A stretch of DNA of 63,679 nucleotides, counting the filler, from Octopus bimaculoides (taxonomy: Eukaryota): NCBI RefSeq assembly GCF_001194135.2. It is 7 parts of 6 records of this genome, joined end to end, with 100 filler letters (N's around TTAATTAATTAA, not from the genome) between each part and the next. Parts side by side here need not be neighbours in the genome. Positions count along the whole stretch, not along the records: positions 36,404 to 39,750 come from NC_068985.1; positions 39,851 to 46,881 come from NC_068991.1; positions 46,982 to 56,878 come from NC_068989.1; 4 more parts are not named here. One strand, written 5' to 3'. The notes beneath the pieces are model-generated. The model ran no database searches and had not been told where the DNA came from. It saw only the letters and a program-made list of their open reading frames with translations. Below, in pieces: positions 38,822 through 52,559 of this stretch. Position numbers and translations under genes: made by a program. Every line of letters starts with the position of its first letter. Positions within the stretch are counted from its first letter, which is position 1.

Positions 38822-38920
<99 letters not shown>
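38821..38920. repeat. Compound (TCT)n-(TAT)n microsatellite
   Basis: Seen directly. Confidence 0.97.
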
Positions 38921-39069
38921 TATTTGTATTTACTTATTTTTAGGGTGAGTATGGTGGTACATAATTCTTATAAAGATGCCTCTATCTTGAAGGAATTTTT
39001 AACAGAAGTTCACTTTGCAATTCTGAAGTATCGGGTTCGATCCTAGAGTGTGGTACGGAGAACAAGCAT

Positions 39070-39481
39070 GTGTGTGCGTATGTGAGTGTATGCGTATATG
39101 TGAGTGTGTGTATGTGCGTGTGTATGAGTGTGGGATGAGTGTGTGTGTTTGTGCGTATGTGAGTATGTGTGTATGTTTATGCATGTATATCTGTATGTAT
39201 ATGTTTGTATGTATGTGTGTGTACGTGTGTCTGTCTGTGTGCGTGTGTGTGAGTGTGTGTATGTATGTGTGTATGAATGTGTGTGTATATCTGTGTGTAT
39301 GTGTGTGAATGTGTGCGTAAGTGTGTGAGTGTGTTGGTGTACGTGTGCGTGTGAGTGTGTATGTGTGTGAGTGAGTGTATATGTGTGTATGTGCGTGTGT
39401 ATGTGTGTGAGTGTGTGTGTGCGTGTACGTGCGTGTGTGAGTATATGTGCTTGTGTGTGTTTGTGTGAGTGTGTGTGTGTG
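39070..39481. repeat. Degenerate (GT)-rich low-complexity tract
   Basis: Seen directly. Confidence 0.95.
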
Positions 39482-39708
39482 TCAACCCAAGCCTTGCGAA
39501 TGACATTGGGTTGACGGAAACTCTGCGGAATACTCAACCATTTACACGCTAAATCGATGTTCATGAAGTTTAGTTGGTCGAAGAACTAGAAAACACAATC
39601 GAAATCGGCAGGCATCCATTTATTTTAATCAATTATAATTTATAGTTATTCCTTCTGAATATGTTCTGGCAGATTCGAACGTGAATCTGCTGATTGCTGT
39701 TGTATATA

Positions 39709-39750
<42 letters not shown>

Positions 39751-39902
39751 NNNNNNNNNNNNNNNNNNNNNNNNNNNNNNNNNNNNNNNNNNNNTTAATT
39801 AATTAANNNNNNNNNNNNNNNNNNNNNNNNNNNNNNNNNNNNNNNNNNNNATATATATATATGCATGTAGGTAAGTAATATTGCAGATAAGCACGATTAG
39901 GC

Positions 39903-39954
<52 letters not shown>

Positions 39955-40618
39955 TGCAGGAATGATTAAACTGCTTAGAAGTTCTCTTAGCAATAACAAA
40001 ATATTACATGTTGGCTAATTCATTTGTTAACCATTCTCGTGTCGATACTGGCATTGTCAGCAAAATTGAGGAGTCGGGACATGTTCCGAACTGCAGACCT
40101 GTAGTGAGGCTTCGTCAGAAAATAATGTTCAAGATAGTACAAGTGTTCACGGAATACACAGCAGTTAACAATAATAATGCAATGAATATATATTTCCCTT
40201 GATAGAACAACTAGAATACTTGTCGTCTCAAAGCGTCACCCTCAGTCAACTGTTATGTAACAGTTGGATGATCAACAATATCGCTAGTAATTTTTGACAG
40301 GGCTCGTGGCAACAACTAGTAGTTTAATTGTGGAAAAAGAAATACATACATATATATGTATATGAAAATATATATATTTATATTGAAAAGGTTAAGAGGT
40401 TTCACACTAGTAATTTNNNNNNNNNNNNNNNNNNNNNNNNNNNNNNNNNNNNNNNNNNNNNNNNNNNNNNNNNNNNNNNNNNNNNNNNNNNNNNNNNNNN
40501 NNNNNNNNNNNNNNNNNNNNNNNNNNNNNNNNNNNNNNNNNNNNNNNNNNNNNNNNNNNNNNNNNNNNNNNNNNNNNNNNNNNNNNNNNNNNNNNNNNNN
40601 NNNNNNNNNNNNNNNNNN

Positions 40619-40760
40619 GAACGTGAGGACGTGCACAAGAAATATATTAATTTGATGCTCAGTGAAGGGAGAGAGTTGTTGTTAACGTTTCGAGCATAGC
40701 TCTTTCTCGGAAACTGGTAAGTTCAAAGAGAAAGAAGGAAAAATAAGGAAAATCGCCAAG
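40619..40760 (-). mobile_element. Penelope-like terminal remnant with a degenerate hammerhead-like motif
   Basis: Minus-strand GAGC-TAT-GCTC-GAAACGT. Confidence 0.4.
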
Positions 40761-40806
40761 ATGGGTGGCTGTGTGTGTGTGAGTATGTGTGTTGGCATGT
40801 GTGAGT

Positions 40807-40848
<42 letters not shown>

Positions 40849-40961
40849 GTGTGTGCGCACATCTGCATAGGTACGTGTGTGTCTCTCTGTGTGTCATTAT
40901 GTCTGTCTCTCTCTCTATATATATACAGATATGTGTCTGTGTACGACGTACGTGTGTGCAT

Positions 40962-41255
40962 GGGCGCATGGCTTAGTGGCTGGGGTTTTGCACTCGCGAA
41001 CGCAAGATCGTGATTTCAATTCCTAGATCGGATGACGCGTTGTGTTCTTGAGCAAAACACTTCATCTCCCGTTGCTCTGCGATCGTTTCGAAACCCGACG
41101 TGTGGTACACCGTGTACCTATTCAAGCAAAGTCGATTTGATGGAGAGAGGGAGCTTAACGTGCAGCATGAACATTTGATCACTATAAACAAATCATTTGT
41201 ACAGGTCGTCCGACAAAAGCTGAACGCTCATACGTCATCTTCGACGGGAAAGTCC
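40962..41255 (+). mobile_element. tRNA-derived SINE, family D head
   Basis: GGGCGCATGGCTTAGTGG A box, GATTTCAATTCCT B box, GTGTTCTTGAGCAAAACACTTC. Confidence 0.8.
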
Positions 41256-41717
41256 ATATATACAAACACACACACTATTATATTATTTATAACTTCTTCT
41301 AACTCGAGTTCTTTTGTTAAAAACGATATGTATGTGTGTATGTGTGTGTGTCTTTATATTTATATTACTTCGACGCGATCAATGAACTATGATGCAACTG
41401 GTTCTTTGTCATCAAGAAATCCAGTCTTACCACAAGTTTACTCGTTAAAACAAGAGAGAGAGAGAGAGGATAACAACTTATGTTGATATAGTCCAGAAGT
41501 CGATATTGTTCGAAACCTAGATCCAGAGTATTTAAAGGAATTTCTTTCACATATATATGCGTTGTGTGATTTTATACTTTTAACACCACTCCGCTCAATA
41601 TTTGTCAACTTCTGTTCGATATTCATCGATTTTGAAATTAATGATCTCATTCATTAATTTGTGGACTGCATCATGGGCCACAGCTGTATAATAAATATCC
41701 ATCATACACATATTCAT

Positions 41718-41755
<38 letters not shown>

Positions 41756-41776
41756 ACGTACGTACATATGTATGTA

Positions 41777-42159
41777 GTGGAGGCGCAATGACCCAGTGGT
41801 TAGGGCAGCGGACTCCCGGTCATAGGATCGCGGTTTCGATTCCCAGACCGGGCGTTGTGAGTATTTATTGAGCGAAAACACCTAAAGCTCCACGAGGCTC
41901 CGGCAGGGGATGATGGCGAACCCTGCTGTACTCTTTCGCCACAACTTTCTCTCACTCTTACTTCCTGTTTCTGTTGTGCCTGTAATTCAAAGGGTCAGCC
42001 TTGTCACACTGTGTCACGCTGAATATCCCAGAGAACTACGTTAAGGGTACACGTGTGTGTGGAGTGCTCAGCCACTTGCACGTTAATTTCATGAGCAGGC
42101 TGTTCCGTTGATCGGATCAACTGGGACCCTCGACGTCGTAAGCGACGGAGTGCCAACAA
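41777..42159 (+). mobile_element. tRNA-derived SINE, family C, full length (~380 bp)
   Basis: A box TGACCCAGTGG and B box GGTTTCGATTCCC; body and tail are shared with 8921 and 56085. Confidence 0.92.
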
Positions 42160-42197
42160 TACATATATTGGAAGGTTTGGAGGTGATGTACAGGAAT

Positions 42198-42384
42198 TAT
42201 ATATTAGAAAAAATAATAAGGTACTCAGATATCTGGATGGTTGTACATTTACAGATTTTTATTAATATGTCACATGTTTTATAAATATTTATAAATATTT
42301 TTAAAACATGTGACATATTAATAAAAATCTGTAAATGTACACCATCCAGATATCTGAGTACCTTATTATTTTTTCTAATATATA
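42198..42384. repeat. Near-perfect 187-bp palindrome
   Basis: The arms differ by one indel and one mismatch, around a self-complementary AAATATTTATAAATATTT centre. Confidence 0.95.
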
Positions 42385-42398
42385 TATATATATGTATA

Positions 42399-42550
42399 CG
42401 ACGGTCTTTTTTCAGTTTTCGTCTACCAAATCCACTTACAAGGCTTTGGTCGGCCCGAGGCTATAGTAGAAGATACTTGCCCAAGGTGCCATGCAGTGGG
42501 CCTAAACCCGGAACCGTGTGGTTGGGAAGCAAGCTTTTTACCACACAGCT
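42399..42550 (-). mobile_element. SINE family A
   Basis: Homologous to 29054-29217. Confidence 0.9.
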
Positions 42551-43102
42551 ATATATTAGATATATACTTTACATATAGCTTACATTGCAAGACATGCCCA
42601 TCATTTGCTGTCGATTGGAGATTGCAACGATTTAATTCTCTTCCGATACTCTCGTTCCTTTTCCCAGCAATGCCAGAGACCATTGATACAACCAAGGAAT
42701 TCCTGGATTCTATTGGCCGAAACAGTAATACATATTTTCTCCTGTCACTCACGCAGCTACCATGCCAAACCGGAAGCCACTGTAACTATATCAAACATGT
42801 AGCAAATGTTTGCTTTCAATACTTACAATGTTCTTTCCCTGTTGTCTACCAGATGTTTATTATTCGTCAACTGGAACTGATTTTATGTAAACTTAACAAC
42901 AATAGAAACAACACGGTTGGCGTCAAAATAGATTCGAACAAAAACCGAAGTCACGTTGAACAATTATGAACAAATGGAGTCATCAAAATATGATACTAAA
43001 ATAACTGACGAATGTATTTTCTTTAAATAGAAGCGGAAAATAGAATATGGCCATTTAGAGGAAGTGGAGAGACGAATCCATCTGTCCATCCATTCTCCCC
43101 AT

Positions 43103-43193
<91 letters not shown>

Positions 43194-43606
43194 CATATAC
43201 ATATATATTCACGCATATAAATACATAATGTAGAGACACGTTCATAAAAGCTTTATTCCTTGAGAGTTATAAGAATGAAAAATGAAGAGTCATTAAATTA
43301 TTTGATCCGTGCCATACCTCAAAATAAGTCAAGTGACCGAACTTAAAATGACTTATACACGCACTTACACGTACTTAGACAGATCGACGCGCGCACACAC
43401 ACACATACACACGCACACACACACACATACACACGCACACACACACACACACACACTTATTTACTGACGCACACCCTGAAAGCAAGCCATTCAAAAAGAC
43501 AAAAACAGCAACCACAAAATAAATTGATAAATACATAAACAGGTAAACGTTTAATCACTCACAACTTTCAAAGAACCTACGTTTGACACATACATGAACG
43601 CGCGCG

Positions 43607-43648
<42 letters not shown>

Positions 43649-43734
43649 CACACGCGCACCATCATACGCACACACCAGCGCACACTCACCCGCAGACACA
43701 CACANNNNNNNNNNNNNNNNNNNNNNNNNNNNNN

Positions 43735-43775
<41 letters not shown>

Positions 43776-43939
43776 TACACGCACAAATATTCGCACTCGC
43801 GCCTATATAAATATAAATATCACTTGCGTCGACAAAATTATCAGATGTTATGTACCGCTGATTACAATACGCTTCCAATTCTTTTTCCATTGCGCCCTTC
43901 TAGTACGTTTTGGCTCTAAATTGTTTAACTAAATTCTCT

Positions 43940-45600
43940 TCCTATCGTTGTGGAGGCATTCCAAGTAGCCTTTTCCGAGCTCTTGGATACCACTCGACAT
44001 CTGTACGAGTCCACCTGTTGTCTCACCTTGCGACAACTTCTACTTTCGGTATTCCGCAATCATGTCATTCACTCCACTCCATTCTCTAATTGCCTCACTT
44101 TGAATATGTTCTCGTAATGATATTCCTAGCATGGATCTTTCCATGGTCCTTTGCGTGGTAGAAAATCGATGTTTTTCCCTCGTAGTGGCAGCCCAGGTTT
44201 CACTTGCATGTAAAATCACTGGGAGAAACTGCTACGTGGGGTCTTGTCCAAATTCGTTTTGAGCACATCTCTTATCGAAATAAGCACTTTCCATTTTGCC
44301 TTTATTCACCGCGAAATTTCAACACCCATATCTCGGCGCGTATTTCGCTGTACGTCCCAAGTAGAGGTACTTCTTTACCTCCTCGATTCCATCGCTTCTT
44401 ACCTTTATTCGGCCTTGTGCAACGTCTTCAGACCACATATTTTGCTTCATTTAAGTCATGCTGGTGAGCTAAGGGTGTCCAGCTTTGTCAGCATGGTCTG
44501 TAGCTGATCTATGGTTACAGAGATGTGTACAATGTCATCTGCAAAGCGGAGTAGTGTTAGTGGCTAGTCGTTGACGAACACACTGTTTTTCCTGTCAATG
44601 TATTTGATGACCATTTCTAGACATACAGTGAAGAGCTTTGGAGATGTTTGATGCCTTTGTCAACTAAAACTCTTACGGAGCTATATCAGTGATGCATCTG
44701 ATTTTGCATCTCTGAGAAGTTTATTGGTATTTTATTCTCGAATCTTCACATTTGCAGAGATTTCAGCTACGCATTAATATCGATGCAATCGAAGTCCTTT
44801 TCGTAGTCAAGAAAAGCGATGCACAAAGACAGCTTGTATTTATTCTTTCGTTTTAAACCTGTGTTAGAGTGAATGTGTGACCAACTGTACTGTAGTTATT
44901 ACAGAAACCTGCTTTTTTCCTCAGCTGCTAGTCTTCAAAATGTTTCAGCAGTCTGGTGATCTTTGAAAACAGCTTATAAAAGTGAGACAAGTGGCATAAG
45001 GGGTCAAAGTTTTCCCCTAAAAAAAAAAATAGTCGTTCTCACCTTTTTGCCTCATTTCTCTTTCTCTCGATCCAAATTTTATTATATGTTTTATCCACCT
45101 TTGGATTTGTGAGTTGGCACTTTCGCCAGCTCTCTGTGGAATTCTTCCACTTCACCATTAGTAATTGTGGAAGCACAGGCCTAGATGATCTCCAGGGTGG
45201 CAGTTTCTAAGAGACAAATGTTTAGCACTCCGTTACGTGTGAAAAACAATTTGCAGGAAACGACTTTCAAAGCCCATTCCTTTGCTAACACCGAAGCCTA
45301 TACGATCTGTTACTTTCGTAACTTCCACTTTTCCAGTCTTACGACACTTCCGTTTGTCTATCTCACATTTATTTATTTCCTTCGACGTGTTTCGTAGAAC
45401 CTAGGCACGTCGCATTTGATCTTCCTTTTCTCCTCCATTAGATGAGCCATCCCAGTCCTCCTTGCCAAAGACCTGTAGTTGTAGGTACTCATAGTAAGGT
45501 CTGTTATCCGATTCCGTGAACGTCTCTGGTCGCTCGGATTTCACTCCTCCGCCGTGGAGCGGTGCGATTGACCTGTAGGATACCGAGGCCTATTTCACCC
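43940..45600 (-). mobile_element. Decayed RTE-clade LINE with an internal deletion
   Basis: Minus strand: APE start LTMSTYNYRSLARR...EEKRKIKCDVPRFYETRR; EVEEFHREL; RT with AFLDYEKDFD and RFADDIV; C-terminal HASETWAATT...QRTMERSMLGISLREHIQSEAIRE. Many stops and frameshifts. Confidence 0.88.
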
Positions 45601-46840
45601 TAATATTTTAGCTTTAAATTTTGTGCGCTTGCTGGTCAGGCGGGAAGGTCATGATTACCTTTCCACTTTAACTAGCTTCCAGCTTTCTCATAATTTAAAC
45701 ATAATATTTTTAGAGGCATGCATTAAGGTTTATGCAAACTGCACTTTCAATCATCTTAGTACGTGCCTCCTAAGGTCAAAGTTGCCTGTTAATGATATAG
45801 TTAGTTAATTGGTTAAGTGGTTAACCAATTAACGAATAAAAATTTTAAAGAAGTGAAATAGAACCAGTACGGGTGTTTATTATTGACGTAATGGCCCTCT
45901 CGAGATACAGTAAAATATTTGTAGCAAGTTCTTTATTTCCGAATCAAAACAGAAATAATTCATTTACAACTCTTTTTGTGAGCATCACATGTTTATATTA
46001 AATATTTTATTTCCCAACCACAACAGAAATAACTTTATTACAGCGAACCGCCTTTAAGTTTTTACCTTCATATTTCAGTTAGTTACTTACTATAAAAGTG
46101 CTGCAAACCAACTTACCAAAATAAAATTAACCTACCTATGTCTAACCATGACCAACTCCTATCCAACTTCCTCAATTATTCCCTTGCATAAATAGTTAAC
46201 ATATTTCCATGTCTACCTCAATTTGATCCCATCTGCTCCCGCTTAACTCTTACGTCCTACTTCATTTCATTATTTTCATTAGTATTACTGTAAACTTATT
46301 ACTATTTGATCTGTCTAACTTCCTTCACAAACAGCCATATCCCCCTTTTGAAGCCCATTTCTAATCCTTTAACCAATGATCATTTCTTCCTCTTAGGTAC
46401 ATACCCTCTTTATTAGTAAAACCACTTTCAGCAATTTGATTAAAGTAATTAGTACTACATCGCAAGAATATCCCTTTAACTAGTTCTTTATATATTTTTT
46501 CATAAATCCCTCTCGTTTGTAAACAACTGCGTTATTCAAATTTAATAACTTTGTTTTCGATTCTCTCGTTACACAATCGGGTTTTCTCCAAACTCCTTAA
46601 AACTAATTCAGCCTGAATCTCATGTTTCTCTGTTCCTTCCTGTTTTGTAAGAAGTTTCACTGATTATTTCGACATCCTTGAAAAGATCTCTGATTAAAAC
46701 TCGTGTCTGCAAAGTGTCGCAAAAAATATTTGATAAACGTATTTTTTCAGCACAATAATTTTAATCTTTTATCTTGGAAGTGGCATTTTAGTTCCAGAAC
46801 CAGAACTACCATGAGAATTTGTGTGTATGTGTACGTGTGA

Positions 46841-46881
<41 letters not shown>

Positions 46882-46984
46882 NNNNNNNNNNNNNNNNNNN
46901 NNNNNNNNNNNNNNNNNNNNNNNNNTTAATTAATTAANNNNNNNNNNNNNNNNNNNNNNNNNNNNNNNNNNNNNNNNNNNNAGA

Positions 46985-47023
<39 letters not shown>

Positions 47024-47955
47024 TGATACTGTATTTATTGTATTGGCTGGTTTAAAATCACCACTTAGCTCTTTCTTGATTTTAGTGGAGTCCATTTTGT
47101 TCTAAGCAATCAGGAACAGATCTCTATCCTGAGAATAACCGCTATAACCTCCACCTATCTTCCACAGAACACCTGCAAAAGGTCATAAAAGCGTTCTACT
47201 TTCTCTGACTAATCCATTAAAAGAAAATCTATAAAAACAACTACATAGATACTTCTATTTACGTATGAGTTCTGTTCATGTGCTTATCTGTTATTTATTT
47301 AAGATATGCTAGAAGTAAAATCATTAGTGGAACTGTATAGAATATTTGTATGCTTTCATATTTATATTTATATGTTTGTATTTATATGTTCCTTAGCTAT
47401 TTCTTTGCAATCAAATCAATGCATGTTTTGCTAATGTTAATCTTACATACCATGCATTTATGTATATAGATGCTCTCAAATTATCTCCAGTTCTTAACTT
47501 CTTTAAATAACTACCTAGTACAATTAAACTTACCAATTTATCTAATGATGTCCCAGAGTTTGTTCGTTAATAAATGTTCTGTGACAAATCTCCTCCAGCT
47601 TTTAAGTGTGAATTAGTAGTTATCTATTCCGATTTTCAAAAGCTTAGCTAGGAGCTGACGTAGAAGTAAGTTAATTTATATAACGTATCTATTTTAATCT
47701 TTTATATAAAGAGAATAGTTTTTTTTCTCCAACGGTGATAATCCTGCGCAAATTAAATGCAATAGAGTCTCCAACTGTGCATTACGTCTTCACACAATAT
47801 AAATACACTGATACATAAAAGATCTACGTTCGCAGTGCATCCGTTATACATGTAAATGTATAACATATATTACATCAAATATACATAAACCAAATATACA
47901 TAAAACGGTGAATACGTGCGACGTGTGTGTATGTGAACTCGGGTATGTTTATGCA

Positions 47956-48016
<61 letters not shown>

Positions 48017-48611
48017 GTGATAAATGACTGATAACATTGAGCAAATAAATCGTTTTGAGCACTCTAACTTCGATAACGATAACCGGTTGATAATAATATC
48101 TGCGATTGTAATAACGGGCTTCCACTTTATTTCCTGCAGACTTAATGCAAATCAAGAACACATATATACATTTATGCATGCAATACACGTTTTGCACATG
48201 CACATTACAAACAAGCTAACATTTTTAATTTGCACATAAAATATTCATAGATAGCACATGATGCCATACACATTAAAGGTAAATCACTGCATACAGTAGA
48301 GTGAAGACAGTGATAAACAGTAGAGTGAAGAAGTTTCTCTAATGAAATCCCTATTTTGTAGCACTAGGGAACCTCCACCTAGTCGTCATATATCTATTAT
48401 AAATAGTAGCCAAACTTGCTTCAGACCGCTGCCGTGCTAAGCAAGTGAGACACAGTTAAAAAAAAAAGGGGGAGAATCATGGATGGAATACCTTTGATCG
48501 GAGCTAATCAAGAACCAAATAATAACTAAACGTGCTGTTTTACTCTAAAAACCTACCAATAGTTTAGTAGTTCTGCCACGTGATATCACAAAGTATAAAT
48601 GATATGTTGAC

Positions 48612-48838
48612 TAAGATACGTCTCGTAATAAGGCAGCGAGCTAGCAAAAACGTAAGCATGCCGGGCGAAATGCTTAACGGTATTTCGTCTGCCGTTACGT
48701 TCTGAGTTCAAATTCCGCCGAGATGGACTTTGCCTTTCATCCTCTTGGGGGTCGATGTAATCGACTTAATCTCCTTGTCTGTCCTCTCTATGTTTAGCCC
48801 CTTGTGGGCAATAATGAAATAAGATACGTCTCGTAATA
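48612..48838 (+). mobile_element. SINE family B variant (48631-48819) with a 19-bp target-site duplication
   Basis: TAAGATACGTCTCGTAATA occurs at 48612-48630 and 48820-48838. Confidence 0.93.
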
Positions 48839-51419
48839 CTTACACCCGGTTTGGAAACCTCACTTTATGCCTACATATAGCTTAAATGAAAGTCCTAGCT
48901 GGTATTGTTCAAGGTCTACAACTACTGATCACTGGCGATCATGACTATTTTCAAGGCTCTTCAACACCACCACCCTGAAATCTCTTTAAAGATGTGAGGA
49001 GGTGCCTGTAATGATGAAGCCTTCTTGCAAACGTACTTCTGCTCCGTTTTTTCCTTTAAATGTTTCTGGCTTTTGCAAGTTGCTTGTGACATTCTCTCAG
49101 GAAGACTCAAAAATCTCTCACCAAGAACTTGTCAATTTAGGTGTAGGCTGTGGTCTTCGCAGTAGCTATTAGAATGATACTGAGAATTCTAAATAATCAG
49201 TCGCCCTTAATGTTGCCATGTGTTATGGAATTTTGCAGTTTCGCCTCAAACGACAATCTGTACCCTTTACTCACTGGAGTGGTTTAACTCCATATAGGCG
49301 GAGAGTAGTATATAGATATAAATATCAGTTAGTTCTCCACATTGTGGAATTAATGTTGTTGTTGATTAACCCCAACTCAGTCAGCCTTTTTTCAAAGACA
49401 TTCCAGCCGTGATCATCACACCTTTATTTGGTGTTTCTATTACTGCATTATATTGTGAGTCTTATCTGCTTTATGACGGTGGAATGTGGGTTTAAGTAAG
49501 TTTGGAAGCTATTTACTCACTGTTCAATTGGCTATGTAGAAGTGTAGAGGTTCTCTCGTTAGTTCAGGGAAGAAACCGTTCTGCATACTGATGTACAGAC
49601 ATTAAACAATAGCTAAGATAACGCTGGTTAAATTATATTGATTTTATTTTAAATATAAATATCGATTCAGAAAAAAAGAAGCACTAGTATTGATTGGTAT
49701 CTAGAGCTTATATAAAGTGTATAAAACAGTAAATTGTGAAATTGGTGCTTGAATAATAATTCTGAGTGTAATAGCAAGTAAAAGCAAGTATTAAGTTGAG
49801 GGGATGAGGGAATCAATTGTCCAGTGAAAAGTTTAAATGTTCTCTTCTATCACTTAATCGATATGCATTAGCTGGACAAGATGTCTTCTTTAACAGAGGC
49901 TTCATATATCGTGTTTTCTCAATGATATTGTATACTAGTGCCTTATTTTAGCCGTAATGACATTAGTTTAGTGGAAATGGGAATGAGACTGCTTTATCTT
50001 CAATTTTGTTTTGTTTAGCTTCTGAAGGAGAAAACGGGCCTACCACCTTATTTAAGTTCTCGGAGGCCAGTCTTTTAGTTGCAATCCTTGCTATGTTAAA
50101 TATGTGCATTTGTCGTGAGAAATTTTCTGTGATAGAGAGATTTAGTATTTGGAGAAACTCAAAGGCTCTAGTTGTATTTTGCTCATATTGAAGGGAGTAA
50201 AGGGTGGTGATGTATTCTTGATATAATTAGAAATTGTGTTTGTGTGTATGTGGTTTTGTATTCAAACTAGTTATCCCTGATGTTATGTCAGATCTCTCTT
50301 AAAGATTGTGAAATTAAAATCCCTCAATATAAGAGAGGCCACTAGTTATGTTGAGCTACATCTCTACAAATGTCATGTGTGAAAAATTAGAAAAGTACTG
50401 CAAAATATTGCAAATCATGATAATTGTGGGAAAATTTGCAACTACAATGTGAACGTCAGCAAAGCATGAAAACGCTTTGTTGCTGGTGAATAGTATCATA
50501 TATGATTTATTGTGAAAAAAAAAGCCCCACCCGTAATTGGATATTTGGTTAGCGAGCTAAATTACATTCCTTCAGTAATATGTATACTTAAGGGATATAG
50601 CTCAAAGCAAAGCGAAATTTTAACGACAGATTTTGCTTTAATTTCGAAATTGCATAATTGCATACAAAATGTGGACTAAACTATCATTCAACTATGGCAG
50701 TAGTTGAATAATATTCTTAAGGCTGCAACTTACTCACACGCAGCATATTTCAGAGCTTGTCGCTAATTCAGTTCTTAAGCAAATGGAAAGCCATTAACAT
50801 TTTTGAAGAGGACTGGTCCTTGGTTACATTTTGACATTAAAAAATTGAGATTTGGTCCAGGAGAAAAAAAGTTCACATCAAAATTTGTAGCGACGTTATA
50901 GGAGAATAAGTAACGCCACCAATCAAGTTTAGATCTAAATAACTTTTTATCTTAAAAGCAAAATATATTTGTCTTAGCTTCAATGATAGAAGAAAGCGTG
51001 GAGAATTTCATTGTTTTGATCCTATGCAACAAAAATTTGTATCAAAAAAGTTGTGAAGTAAAATATCATGAAAAAATGTAAGTAAGGCAAAAAAATTGGA
51101 TTTAAATATAATTAACTTTTTTTATTTTAAGAACAAACTACATTTTAATTAAGCTTAAATGATAGAGCTCAATTTGAGGAATTTCATAGTATCAACGTCA
51201 TACAATGAAGTTTAAAAAAAAAATTTATGAGTGTTTGTTTCTCAAATTTTATGGTGATAACATAGTTCTATACTTTTTTATAAATATAGTTCTAGGGGAC
51301 TTTTAGTACATGTCACCGGCATCATTGAGGTAAGGAAAAAATTATCAACAACATTGCTAATTGACACATTTGACACATCATTCATTAGCATAATAGCATA
51401 GCCTGGAAAAAAAACATGG

Positions 51420-52290
51420 ATTACATGGGAAAATGTGAGCAAGAGAAATAATATTCTAAAGATTATAAAGATTATAAATCTGCAAAAGTACAGGACAAGT
51501 TATTACACTTGAAAAAGTTCAGGACAACTTATTACATCTGGTAAAGTACACAAGAAAATTTGTAGTTAAAATATTGCAGCTAAGGATAAAATTTGAATAT
51601 TAAAAATTGTTTGATTTTGTTTTACAAAGCAACATTATAATTTAAAGATGTACCATCGTTTTGTTAAAATATTGACACACTAGAGCACTTAAAAAACGAG
51701 AACCAGAAGTACCAATATAGCTAAAGTTTTATGCAAAGTAGAATATTATATATGGTAGGCAAATTCATTATGTAAAAAAATAGGCATTATTCAAGACTAA
51801 AAATGCGAAGACTTGGCAATAACTCAAGCAAATTTTACTGCGAATTTGTTGTTATAGATAGGTTTTACTGTAATATATAACTAATTTTTGCATTATTCTA
51901 TTTATTGTACTAAGTATGTACTACAATTGTTTTTATAACCTATTATCAAATTTTTAATTATTAATTAATAATTCAAAAAATGAATATTTTTTAAGTGCAG
52001 AAAACATTTTGAGTTATTTTTAATAGAAGTAGCAAGTAATAACAAATAGAAGTAATAACTCGTTATAAAATTTTTAGTTTTAGTAAAATCTAATATTTTC
52101 TAAATCTTAATATTTTATTTGAAATTTTATCCTTAGATGCAATATTTTAAGTAAATATTTTCTTGTTTTGTACTTTACCAGATGTAATTAATTGTCCTGA
52201 ACTTTTCCAAGTGTAATAACTTGTACTGTACTTATCCAGATATATAATCTTAAGAATATTATTTCTTTTACTAGCATTATTCCATGTAAT
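51420..52290. mobile_element. Putative non-autonomous fold-back/MITE-like element with ~175-bp imperfect inverted repeats
   Basis: 51420-51596 matches the reverse complement of 52121-52290 at roughly 80%. The arms contain ~30-bp subrepeats (AAGT(A/T)CAGGACAA(G/C)TTATTACA). Confidence 0.65.
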
Positions 52291-52559
52291 TACATATTAG
52301 CTACATAGATATAAATGAAGAAGTGACCGGAGAAAAAGATGAAGAGAGAAGAATCTTCGCAAATTTTCTCAAAATTACTGTACATTTAATTGTTTATTTA
52401 CTTATTGAAAGTCGCAGCTGAATGGGGAAATATATCTAACTCGATAACTTATCAGTACTATTCAATGGTAAACACGTTTTGTACAGAACTAAATCTACCA
52501 AACATTTAATTAATGTTACTCCTTAGTGGTCTCTTGCCGTTGAGAACTTCAATAAGAGC

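Noticed and set aside
46040-47700. Possible old LINE relics (Tx1-like C-terminus; APE-like ERFYDLLQ and GDFK)
   Set aside because: Too degenerate to delimit or classify by eye.
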